DNA of 64,000 bases from contig CAMOEW010000004.1 of assembly GCA_946612625.1 (NCBI GenBank), positions 3 through 64,002 of the forward strand, read 5' to 3'. Both the position numbers and the translations under genes were made by a program. Numbering within the stretch: the first letter of the stretch is position 1; each line of letters starts with the position of its first letter. Origin of the DNA: an uncultured Prevotella sp. Its GTDB lineage: Bacteria > Bacteroidota > Bacteroidia > Bacteroidales > Bacteroidaceae. Positions 1-7,460 of the stretch are shown one piece after another. Below the pieces are notes generated by a model that worked only from the letters and a program-made list of their open reading frames with translations, searched no databases and had not been told where the DNA came from.

Positions 1-806
1 TATACGTGTCCGGCACAGCCGCCTTTCAGTTCCAGATAAGTCTTGTCGATTTCGGGCACAGTAAGTGGTGTGCTGCTGACAGCCACGATCTCGTCGCCCT
101 CTTTGGCGATATAGTTGCCGGCGTCGTCGCGCAGTGCTGTTCCGCTATCGTCGGTATAGGTGAAGTCGCCGTTGCCGCCGCCATAGATAGAGCCGATTAC
201 GATAGGCCATTTCTCTGTCACGCCGTCATCCTCGGTGGAACGGCTGGTGCGCACAAAGCAGTTCCAAGTGTCGTTGACGACGTTCATATAGGGCTTATCA
301 GAAGCAGGCGTTACACTTTCTCTGGCTTCTTCGGTTGGAATATCATCTTCCAGTTCCGTTGGCACCGTCTCGTTCACGCTTGCCGGTGTGCCGATGGTGC
401 CGGAGATGTCGTTACCGCCATATACAGCGACGGCCATGATGTCGCCGGTAGCGTTTTTGCCGTCGATGTTCACGAAGGTATGACCGCCTACGTTTGCCAT
501 TCGTGCACCGCCGAAGACGCTCTGCAGGTCGCCTTTTCTCACGGTCACCTTTGCGCTGCCTCGCACTTCGGCATGGTTTCCGCCGCCATAGACGTTTCCG
601 CCAATCTTAATCGGCTTATGTTCTTCCTGGGCAGAAGCCGGCATGGCGCATAGTGACAGAAGCCCTATGAGGCCTATGAGGCTTATAAGCCCTATATGCC
701 CTATAAGGCCTATATGCCCTATAAGCCCTATGAGCCCTATATGCCTTATAAGCCCTATAAGCCATATCATTCTCTTCGGTCCTGTTATCGTCTTCTTTTT
801 TGTCAC
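1..806 (-). CDS. 5' part of a large secreted surface protein/adhesin with VYGGG/VFGG repeats (runs off the window start)
   Basis: Manual minus-strand translation from GTG 806 (or ATG 770): KKKTITGPKRMIWLIGLIRHIGLIGLIGHIG...LLSLCAMPASAQEEHKPIKIGGNVYGGGNHAEVRGSAKVTVRKGDLQSVFGGARMANVGGHTFVNIDG...VYGGNDISG...IYGGGNGD. No stop seen in the part translated, and it has an SPI-type ASA-Q cleavage site. It is absent from the ORF track, presumably because it has no stop inside the window. Confidence 0.8.
   Translation of the reverse strand, partial: MTKKKTITGPKRMIWLIGLIRHIGLIGLIGHIGLIGHIGLISLIGLIGLLSLCAMPASAQEEHKPIKIGGNVYGGGNHAEVRGSAKVTVRKGDLQSVFGGARMANVGGHTFVNIDGKNATGDIMAVAVYGGNDISGTIGTPASVNETVPTELEDDIPTEEARESVTPASDKPYMNVVNDTWNCFVRTSRSTEDDGVTEKWPIVIGSIYGGGNGDFTYTDDSGTALRDDAGNYIAKEGDEIVAVSSTPLTVPEIDKTYLELKGGCAGHV
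661..768. repeat. 9-nt degenerate tandem array A (12 units, e.g. agccctatg/aggcttata/tgccctata)
   Basis: Directly visible; encodes the I-G-L/H triplets of the signal peptide of the 1..806 gene. Confidence 0.95.
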
Positions 807-821
807 TACTTCTTTTTTTGT

Positions 822-2105
822 TTATAAGTCCAGCGTTACCGTCGGACTATCGAGATCCGGTTCCGACAACATATATAGATATGTGGGCCGGATGGTCATA
901 TTCACTGTATATCGCCTGCCGCGATAGGTTTCGTATTGATCGGTCAGCAACTCGTTCAGTACCATAGTGTTGGTCACCTTGCAGTCCTTGCGTATCAGGT
1001 TGCCCCTGCGGTCATATACGTCGTAGATGCTGGTCAGTTTGAGTGTGCTGACAGCCTGCGGCATGAAGTGTCCCTCATGCACCGTGTAGTCTGTCGTCAG
1101 CTGCTCGCCTCCTATCGACGACCAGAACTCTGTTCCTCCGTCGATGGCGGCACCTGTCTGCTCGTAGTTGATGTCCTCGATGGCTTCTCCGCCTTCGTCG
1201 TTATGGTTCAGTGTGATGGTGATGTTGTTTTTCTGCTTGGTTGTCTCATCGCCGGCCTTGGTGCTCAGCTGCAGCGACTTCAGTTTGATGGTGCGCAGTG
1301 CGGCATAGTCGCCATAAACCTTCATTTTGATGCGCAGTGCGGCATAGAGATGGTCGAAGAGCAGGAATACGAAGTTATCTGTTCCGCCAGTGCTGGTAAT
1401 AGCCTTTGCATTAAATTTAAAGTCGCCCTGCTTCAGACCGTTGTCATGTTCCTTGTCCGTGCCGTCCTTTGCCCCAATCACCACGCATAGGTCGCCCGGC
1501 ATTATGGTGGGCACGTTCTGCAGTGTCACCTTTGCGCCTGTGCTGTAGCTGGCATTGCCGCCGGTTTTGTCGGTGACTCTGAACACGATGCCTGCCATGT
1601 TGGGTATATATCCGTAGAGGTAGTAGTTGCCTGCTGTGATTTCGTTTAAGTTTGTGCGCCATTTGTCGCTGCTCTTGAAGAAATGGCCCATCTTCGGTGT
1701 TTCTGTGTTTTGTGTGAAGGCGATGCCGATGGGCTGGTCGCCGTCATCATAGGTGGTATATCCTGTTGGCATGTCCCATGCTCTGGTGGGGGCGGCTGTT
1801 CTGGCGGCTTCGCTGGTTGTCGCGGTTGCGTTGGCCCTGCTGGTGGGGGCGGTTGCGTTGGCCCTGCTGGTGCCGTTGGCGTCTTCGTAGAGTGTGGCAT
1901 AGCTTGCCACCTCTATCTCGGCGGCCATGGCTGCCGGCGGCGCCGCCGGCTCTTCGCCGGAGCTGCAGCTCGCGAGCCCTATAAGGCTTATAAGGCCTAT
2001 AAGGCTTATAGGGCCTATATGGCTTATATGCCCTATATGGCCTATGAGGCTTATCTGCCCTATGAGCCTTATGCCTTTTTCTGCTATTGTCTCTTTTATC
2101 TTCAT
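822..2105 (-). CDS. Fimbrillin-like lipoprotein (minor type V pilin)
   Basis: Lipobox LASC after the repeat-derived h-region, TRA/SRA propeptide motifs, 'FLLFDHLYAALRIKM' and C-terminal 'YRGRRYTVNMTI' typical of Bacteroidales fimbrillins; operon context. Confidence 0.75.
   Translation of the reverse strand: MKIKETIAEKGIRLIGQISLIGHIGHISHIGPISLIGLISLIGLASCSSGEEPAAPPAAMAAEIEVASYATLYEDANGTSRANATAPTSRANATATTSEAARTAAPTRAWDMPTGYTTYDDGDQPIGIAFTQNTETPKMGHFFKSSDKWRTNLNEITAGNYYLYGYIPNMAGIVFRVTDKTGGNASYSTGAKVTLQNVPTIMPGDLCVVIGAKDGTDKEHDNGLKQGDFKFNAKAITSTGGTDNFVFLLFDHLYAALRIKMKVYGDYAALRTIKLKSLQLSTKAGDETTKQKNNITITLNHNDEGGEAIEDINYEQTGAAIDGGTEFWSSIGGEQLTTDYTVHEGHFMPQAVSTLKLTSIYDVYDRRGNLIRKDCKVTNTMVLNELLTDQYETYRGRRYTVNMTIRPTYLYMLSEPDLDSPTVTLDL
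1783..1872. repeat. 27-30 bp degenerate tandem repeat in the pilin propeptide (SRANATAPT)
   Basis: ctggttgtcgcggttgcgttggccctg / ctggtgggggcggttgcgttggccctg plus a diverged third copy. Confidence 0.85.
1975..2073. repeat. 9-nt degenerate tandem array B (11 units)
   Basis: agccctata aggcttata aggcctata aggcttata gggcctata tggcttata tgccctata ...; encodes IRLIGQISLIGHIGHISHIGPISLIGLISLIGL. Confidence 0.95.
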
Positions 2106-2120
2106 TTCTTCTTCTTTTTC

Positions 2121-3950
2121 TTACCAGTTATACACCTCATGAGTTGCCGGGGCTTCTATCCAGGGAGTGACAGCATAGTCCACCCATCCTATCGCCACAC
2201 CGCCTTCGTCGGTAATCTTGAAGACGTAGGTGTAGCTGTATCCCGGCAGCCACTGCATATATGTTGCCGGCACCACGGCGGTCTTCCCTGCTCCGTTGAC
2301 GGTTACCTTCAGCGTGTAGCTTCCCTGCTTGGTGTTGGGCACCACCGTGTACCATCCTTCCTGTGCCTCGTCGGGATATTCCTTGAGGTCGTTCTCCGGG
2401 TCGTAGTCTTCACTGATGTATGTCGAGTCGGCTGTTGCAATAGTTTCAGCTGAGAATGCCTCCTTGATATCTTTCCCTGTCATGGGGTATGAGATTGTCA
2501 CTTTTGCCTTTTTGTATATCTTGCTGTTGTCTGACGGCAGGAAGCTCTTGTTTGTAAGTGTTATTCCCTCGCGTGGTGTTGCATATATAAATTGGAATCT
2601 CACGCGTGCGAATGGCTTTATGAACTCCAGCGTCACGGGTCTGCCGAACTGTTTGTCGGGGTATGCCGTCGGGTCGCCGGTAGAGAACCACAGCCGCGAG
2701 AAGTAGGGAGCTTCATTTGTGCTGTTGGCATTAACCTTCATACTGATCTCATAGGCCTCATAGGGCATATAGGGCCCATAAGCCTCATAAGCCTTATAAG
2801 CTCCGTAGGCCTTGTTATCCTCATCCGGTTCGGTTCTCTCTTCTTCCCAATTTGTCACTGCGAAGAAGCGGTATGCCTCTGCCGACCAGTCCCAGAACTT
2901 TATTGTTTGGTTTGGTTTTTCTGTCAGTATATACTCCCATCCGTTGGTATTGGTGGCTGAGGTGGCAGCGGTGTTGGCTGTCCAGTCCACCTGATAGCCT
3001 TGGAATACCGTCTGTCTGTCGTAGTACTCGTCTGTTCCGCTGTTGTATGACATGTTCTTGTGTCCCCAGACCTGAAAGCGTTCTACAGTAGCACTCAGCG
3101 GTGTGCCATCAGCCCTGGTCACTGTCTGCTCGCGGTTTTCGGTGCCGCTGAAGGTGATGGGCTGCTGGATGTTGGTGGGCTGTTGCGGCAGCTGTGGCAC
3201 GGCGTCGCCGCCGCCGCAGGCGCTCAGCGCAAGGCTTATAAGGCTTATGGGGCCTATGAGCCCTATATGGCCTATGAGCCCTATAAGCCCTATGAGCCCT
3301 ATATGCCCTATGAGGCCCTTGAGCTTCTGCTCCAGCTCTGCTATGTGTGCTTTCAGGCTTCTGTTTTCCTGTTCCAGCTCTGCTATGCGTGCTTGCTGGC
3401 TGTTGCGATAGCCCAGACGTGCTGCCGTCATGCGCTCGCGGATGCCTCCCTGCTCTACGAATGTCTTTTCCAAATGGGCGATGTATGCCCCGATGATATT
3501 GTCGAACTGGTGCAGCAATGTGATGGTGATATTGGCTATTGCCTCATCGCTGCGCCTGTCGATGTCGTGCATGAAGTCTTTTGACAAGTCGTGCTTCTTG
3601 CAGAACTCCCTTGTTTTTTGTGTGCGATTGTCGTCGAATGTCCACATCTGCAGGTTGCGCACGCGCAGGTAGTCCTCGTAGTCCACCAGTAGTTCTTTCA
3701 TGCTGGCTCGTGCCACATTCACGAGTTTGAGTTCTGTCTCTGCCGAGGTTGCTGCCGCGGCGCATCCTTCTGCGATGTTCTGCTTACCCGAACGCGCTGC
3801 CTGCACCATCTGGTCGATGGTGCGGTCTCCCTTGACGAGGAAATGCTTGGCGAAATAGAACGTCAGGTCATATATGACCGTGGCTTTCTTGTATGATGCC
3901 AAGTCCTGGTAGTTTCCTTTCTTGGGTAGGAAGAGCTTCGGTTCTTGCAT
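2121..3950 (-). CDS. Four-helix-bundle (IVP-like, with suffix domain) protein fused in frame to a lipoprotein signal and fimbrillin domain
   Basis: aa1-~185: 'GNYQDLASYKKATVIYD...DQMVQAARSGKQNIAEG...ETELKLVNVARASMKELLVDY' and 'FVEQGGIRERMTAAR'. Then a coiled coil, IGL repeats, lipobox LSAC (Cys245), 'VTRA', 'GWEY...QTIKFWDWSAEAYRFFA', 'WLPGYSYTYVFKI' (the same motifs as the major pilin 4136..6175). Confidence 0.85.
   Translation of the reverse strand: MQEPKLFLPKKGNYQDLASYKKATVIYDLTFYFAKHFLVKGDRTIDQMVQAARSGKQNIAEGCAAAATSAETELKLVNVARASMKELLVDYEDYLRVRNLQMWTFDDNRTQKTREFCKKHDLSKDFMHDIDRRSDEAIANITITLLHQFDNIIGAYIAHLEKTFVEQGGIRERMTAARLGYRNSQQARIAELEQENRSLKAHIAELEQKLKGLIGHIGLIGLIGLIGHIGLIGPISLISLALSACGGGDAVPQLPQQPTNIQQPITFSGTENREQTVTRADGTPLSATVERFQVWGHKNMSYNSGTDEYYDRQTVFQGYQVDWTANTAATSATNTNGWEYILTEKPNQTIKFWDWSAEAYRFFAVTNWEEERTEPDEDNKAYGAYKAYEAYGPYMPYEAYEISMKVNANSTNEAPYFSRLWFSTGDPTAYPDKQFGRPVTLEFIKPFARVRFQFIYATPREGITLTNKSFLPSDNSKIYKKAKVTISYPMTGKDIKEAFSAETIATADSTYISEDYDPENDLKEYPDEAQEGWYTVVPNTKQGSYTLKVTVNGAGKTAVVPATYMQWLPGYSYTYVFKITDEGGVAIGWVDYAVTPWIEAPATHEVYNW
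2748..2810. repeat. 9-nt degenerate tandem array C (7 units, inverted relative to A/B/D)
   Basis: ctcataggc ctcataggg catataggg cccataagc ctcataagc cttataagc tccgtaggc; encodes AYGAYKAYEAYGPYMPYEAYE. Confidence 0.9.
3232..3321. repeat. 9-nt degenerate tandem array D (10 units)
   Basis: aggcttata aggcttatg gggcctatg agccctata tggcctatg ...; encodes GLIGHIGLIGLIGLIGHIGLIGPISLISL at the junction of the four-helix bundle and the pilin. Confidence 0.95.
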
Positions 3951-3986
3951 ATTGTTTTCTATTTATTTCGTTCTTTTATCTTTGTC

Positions 3987-4120
3987 CCGGGGCACCGGCC
4001 CCGGTGTTTTGTTGTTGTTTTGTTTTTTCTTTTTTCTTTTTTCTTTTGGAGTTCATCAGGGAGTCGAACCCTGATGAACTTTTTTCTATCCGAGGGAGTC
4101 GTAACTCCCGTCGGGGTAAA
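3987..4120 (-). other. Three intergenic stem-loops downstream of the major pilin
   Basis: ccggggcaccggccccgg (3987-4004); agttcatcaggg-agtcgaa-ccctgatgaact (4050-4080); ccgagggagtcgtaactcccgtcgg (~4089-4113). Confidence 0.7.
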
Positions 4121-4135
4121 TGTTAGATACACGCA

Positions 4136-6175
4136 TTAAGATGCTGAAACAACCTTGATTACTTTAACTGCATATTTATTGTTCAAGTTTCTATACTTCC
4201 TGTAACGGACTTGCTTTTTATAGTATTGAGTACTACTATCATAAGCTTCATTAGCTGGTGTAGTGCAGTCTGCATCTGTATAATATACATTATTTGTAGC
4301 ATTCCAGTCAGCAGGCTCTTCTGTCAATGTCACAGCAGTACTGAATGCATCTTCATCCCTTGTGTTGCAGTCAGCGTCTTTGTAGTACACATTCTCGTCT
4401 GATTCTACCCAATCGGCAGGAGCTGTTGACAGAACTAGCGTAGTAATGATATCACCTGGAGTGCCAGGATTTACCAAGTAAACGTATGCATATGTACCAG
4501 CAGTTGCAGGTGATAGTTTTGCAGCCTCACCAGCGTTTATGGTGATATCATTGCCATCCTCACCAGGAATTGTGGTAAAAGTATTATTTATTGTAGCAGG
4601 AGTCAGCACAAGGCCATTACGGCCAGTAATAGTAGTACCAGACACACCAGCTCGAATGTTAAGTGCATCCTCTACCAATGCCTCAGTTGGATTGGTAACA
4701 CCTGTCAGTTCGTAGAAGAAACTATTATCATTATTTAAACCGGTAATTAAAGTACCTTCGTTGTTAAGCTGTGCATAGATGTCACCTGTTTTATACTCGT
4801 CACTTGCACTATATACATGACCTTTCTGGTATGTTGTTATGCTTGGAGTAGCAACTGTTGTGATTGTGGTCTGCTTACCAGTTTCCTCATCATCAAGGAC
4901 AACAGCATCGAAGGTGATTGGGAACAAACCTTCTGGATCTGTAGTTGGATTAGTCCAACCATTGCTATTGTCGCTAATCTTAAAGATATAAGTATAAGCA
5001 TAGTTAGGCAACCACTTAGTATAAATCTGAGGTACGAACGCCCTAGCTCCATAAACTTTAATTTCCTCATTAGAACCATCATTAGAAACGAGGGTATAGT
5101 TTACACGCATCTCAAGAACAGCGCCATTTTCGTTTGGCAACATTGTCTGATAATATGTGCCAGTACCAGCAAATGAAGGATGTTGAGCTGTACGCTTAAG
5201 ATATATGTCAGGACTTCCAGTTAAAGCATCCTCACCATTAGTGTAATTCAACGCACCAAAACTTTGAGTATCTTCTGTTGTAGCACCTTCAATAGTAACA
5301 TGAGCCTTGTTGCGGTCAGTATTGCCTTCATTACCACTACCAATGTGCGGGAAGCCAATAGTATATGTACCACCTGTATAGAAGACACCATTACCAAAGA
5401 GAGTCGCATCGGTATTAGCAGAAATATTTGTACCACGAGCAGTTGAATTATCATGGAAGAAATAAACATCCTTCACAGAATAACCTGGTATAGTTTCATA
5501 AATAGCCATACGAACCTTGCTTGATAGTGAACGGAACTCGAGTTCTACTTCGTTCCTGTAATTTGTCTTAGCAACAGTCTTCATATCAGTAATGTAGCAC
5601 TTTGCCAGAGCTTCTCTAGTACCTTTCAAAGTGTATGCACTAGTAATCTGGTACTTTCCAGTTAAACCAATTTGGGTTGCATTGTAACTAATTGGTGTTG
5701 CAAGTATTTGGCTTGCTCCAGGATCACCAGAGGTTATAATAGTGTTGCCACTACCAACAGAGTAAGCTGCAAAATCATAAGCTGTTGTACTGTAATCCCA
5801 GTACTTTATTGACTGAGTTCCAGCAAGTGTAAAGTGATTTATCTTGCCAACATACTCCCAGTCAGCAGTATTACTCTCTGTCTTACCTGCAGTATTCTGC
5901 TCCCAATTTACAGTGTAGCTCTTGAATACATCTGACTGAACAGCACCAGTACCATCACCTTTCACACCAGTTACAATAAACTCTGCGCCAAGGAGATCTG
6001 CAGCATCTTTGTTGTACTTGTCGGCACGTGTTACGGCCTTGAAGTTGCCGCCGAATTTGATTTCCCCTGTCTCGGTTCCCTGTTTGATTTGGTCGGGAGC
6101 ATTGCCGAGATAGTCATTACTTGAGCAGCTTGCCATCGCAACGGCTGCGGCTGCGTAGAAAAATAATTTTTTCAT
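4136..6175 (-). CDS. Major fimbrillin / type V pilus shaft lipoprotein
   Basis: MKKLFFYAAAAVAMASC lipoprotein signal, 'IKFGG...VTRA' propeptide, 'DWEY..QSIKYWDYSTTAYDFAAYS', 'WLPNYAYTYIFKI', C-terminal beta-strand 'KYAVKVIKVV'. Confidence 0.8.
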   Translation of the reverse strand: MKKLFFYAAAAVAMASCSSNDYLGNAPDQIKQGTETGEIKFGGNFKAVTRADKYNKDAADLLGAEFIVTGVKGDGTGAVQSDVFKSYTVNWEQNTAGKTESNTADWEYVGKINHFTLAGTQSIKYWDYSTTAYDFAAYSVGSGNTIITSGDPGASQILATPISYNATQIGLTGKYQITSAYTLKGTREALAKCYITDMKTVAKTNYRNEVELEFRSLSSKVRMAIYETIPGYSVKDVYFFHDNSTARGTNISANTDATLFGNGVFYTGGTYTIGFPHIGSGNEGNTDRNKAHVTIEGATTEDTQSFGALNYTNGEDALTGSPDIYLKRTAQHPSFAGTGTYYQTMLPNENGAVLEMRVNYTLVSNDGSNEEIKVYGARAFVPQIYTKWLPNYAYTYIFKISDNSNGWTNPTTDPEGLFPITFDAVVLDDEETGKQTTITTVATPSITTYQKGHVYSASDEYKTGDIYAQLNNEGTLITGLNNDNSFFYELTGVTNPTEALVEDALNIRAGVSGTTITGRNGLVLTPATINNTFTTIPGEDGNDITINAGEAAKLSPATAGTYAYVYLVNPGTPGDIITTLVLSTAPADWVESDENVYYKDADCNTRDEDAFSTAVTLTEEPADWNATNNVYYTDADCTTPANEAYDSSTQYYKKQVRYRKYRNLNNKYAVKVIKVVSAS

Positions 6176-6311
6176 AATGCAATTGTTTTGTTTGTGAATA
6201 ATAATTTTATTTAACTCTGATTTTTGTCGTTTTTTTTCTTATGTTTTTTGTTGTTCTTTTTTCTCTGTTTTTCTGCCGTTGTTTAAAATTTAAGTTTAAG
6301 AGTTGTTCCTG

Positions 6312-7460
6312 TCACATTTCAATTTCATGAGTTACCTCTTCGAAGTCCTTCACCACAGCGTTGAATCCTGAGCCTCCCGAGCGTTGCGGTACCGGCACGG
6401 TGTCCATGTCGAGTTCCACTGTGATCACCCCACCTTTGTAGCGTCTCCTCACCTGGTCGGTTACGTCGAAGACTATTGTCGAGTCCATACCGTTGTTGAA
6501 CTGCACGTTCACGTCCATATAGTGATGTTTGTTGTCGTTCACCTGTTCTATTCTTGTTATTTTGTCGGGGTTGTTGTTGCATATTCCGAATGTCAGCACT
6601 CTTCCCCCGATGATATCCACTTTCTCTATTGTTCCGTCGGCGTGCGGGAAGTCGCAGTTGTTGCGTTTCGCCACGGTGTACGACACCGTGATTGGTTCCT
6701 CTCCCGTCACCTTTGTGTTGAGCACCACCGTTCGTGCCATTCCCGAGAGGTTCGACTGTCCATCGACGCTTGCTATCCTTCCCTTGTTGTTGTGCAGAAT
6801 CACCTGCGTCAGGTAGATGTACGTCACCGGTGTGAGTGTCATGTTCAGCTGTTTCACCCAGATGTTTCGTTCTGCGTCGAATGTGAATCCGTCGAGCTGT
6901 TCGTTTATCTCCTCTCCCTGTGAGTAAGCCGAGAATAGTTCCTCCGGTTGGTAGAACGAGCGTGTGTATTGCGGTGCGTTGTATCGTGCGGTGCTCATTG
7001 TCTGGTTGGTGAATGCCGTGACGTAGTCGAGCGATGTCTGCTCGTCGATGATGATGCTCTGCACTCCGTCTTCTGTGACGATGTCGTTCCATACGAGGAA
7101 GTCCCAGAATCCCCAGTGGTATTTGTCTATGAAGCGCATTCCCGTTATTACGTTGGCGTAAGTCGTGGTGTGCGGTGCGTATGGCACGCTTCCGGTGTAG
7201 TACCGTCTCAGCTGGAACAACGTCGGTTCGGTGTATCCTATCGGTCCGTCGGTCTCATCGCTCCACGGGAAGTGCCATTCGCTTCTCCAGTCGTATTGCA
7301 GTCCGAATTCCATCTCGTAGTCCCAATATACGTCGAGCGCCAGTTCCACCATTGGCAGTTCGCTCATCACCTCCGCCTCTTCGTAGAGGTGGAGTGGCGG
7401 TTCGCGCCTGCATCCTGCGAGGCATATCACGGCAGCTGCTATCATCATCAGTCGTCTCAT
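6312..7460 (-). CDS. Mfa2/FimB-like (DUF5119-type) pilus anchor/assembly lipoprotein
   Basis: Lipobox LAGC, 'FGIC', 'FDVTDQV', C-terminal 'GSGFNAVVKDF'; lies between the DUF3575-type gene and the pilin. Confidence 0.7.
   Translation of the reverse strand: MRRLMMIAAAVICLAGCRREPPLHLYEEAEVMSELPMVELALDVYWDYEMEFGLQYDWRSEWHFPWSDETDGPIGYTEPTLFQLRRYYTGSVPYAPHTTTYANVITGMRFIDKYHWGFWDFLVWNDIVTEDGVQSIIIDEQTSLDYVTAFTNQTMSTARYNAPQYTRSFYQPEELFSAYSQGEEINEQLDGFTFDAERNIWVKQLNMTLTPVTYIYLTQVILHNNKGRIASVDGQSNLSGMARTVVLNTKVTGEEPITVSYTVAKRNNCDFPHADGTIEKVDIIGGRVLTFGICNNNPDKITRIEQVNDNKHHYMDVNVQFNNGMDSTIVFDVTDQVRRRYKGGVITVELDMDTVPVPQRSGGSGFNAVVKDFEEVTHEIEM

Noticed and set aside
6..927. Plus-strand ORFs 6..653 and 643..927 (PISPMSP repeats)
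   Set aside because: Antisense shadows of the minus-strand adhesin gene and array A, which is stop-free in four of six frames.
661..3321. Classical ON/OFF phase variation by slipped-strand frameshifting
   Set aside because: The unit length is 9 nt, so gain or loss of units keeps the frame, and the units are degenerate rather than perfect.
4050..4080. tRNA gene or tRNA fragment (attR) at the GGTTCGACTCC hairpin
   Set aside because: No cloverleaf, acceptor stem or CCA; it is a simple long hairpin, kept only as a structural note.
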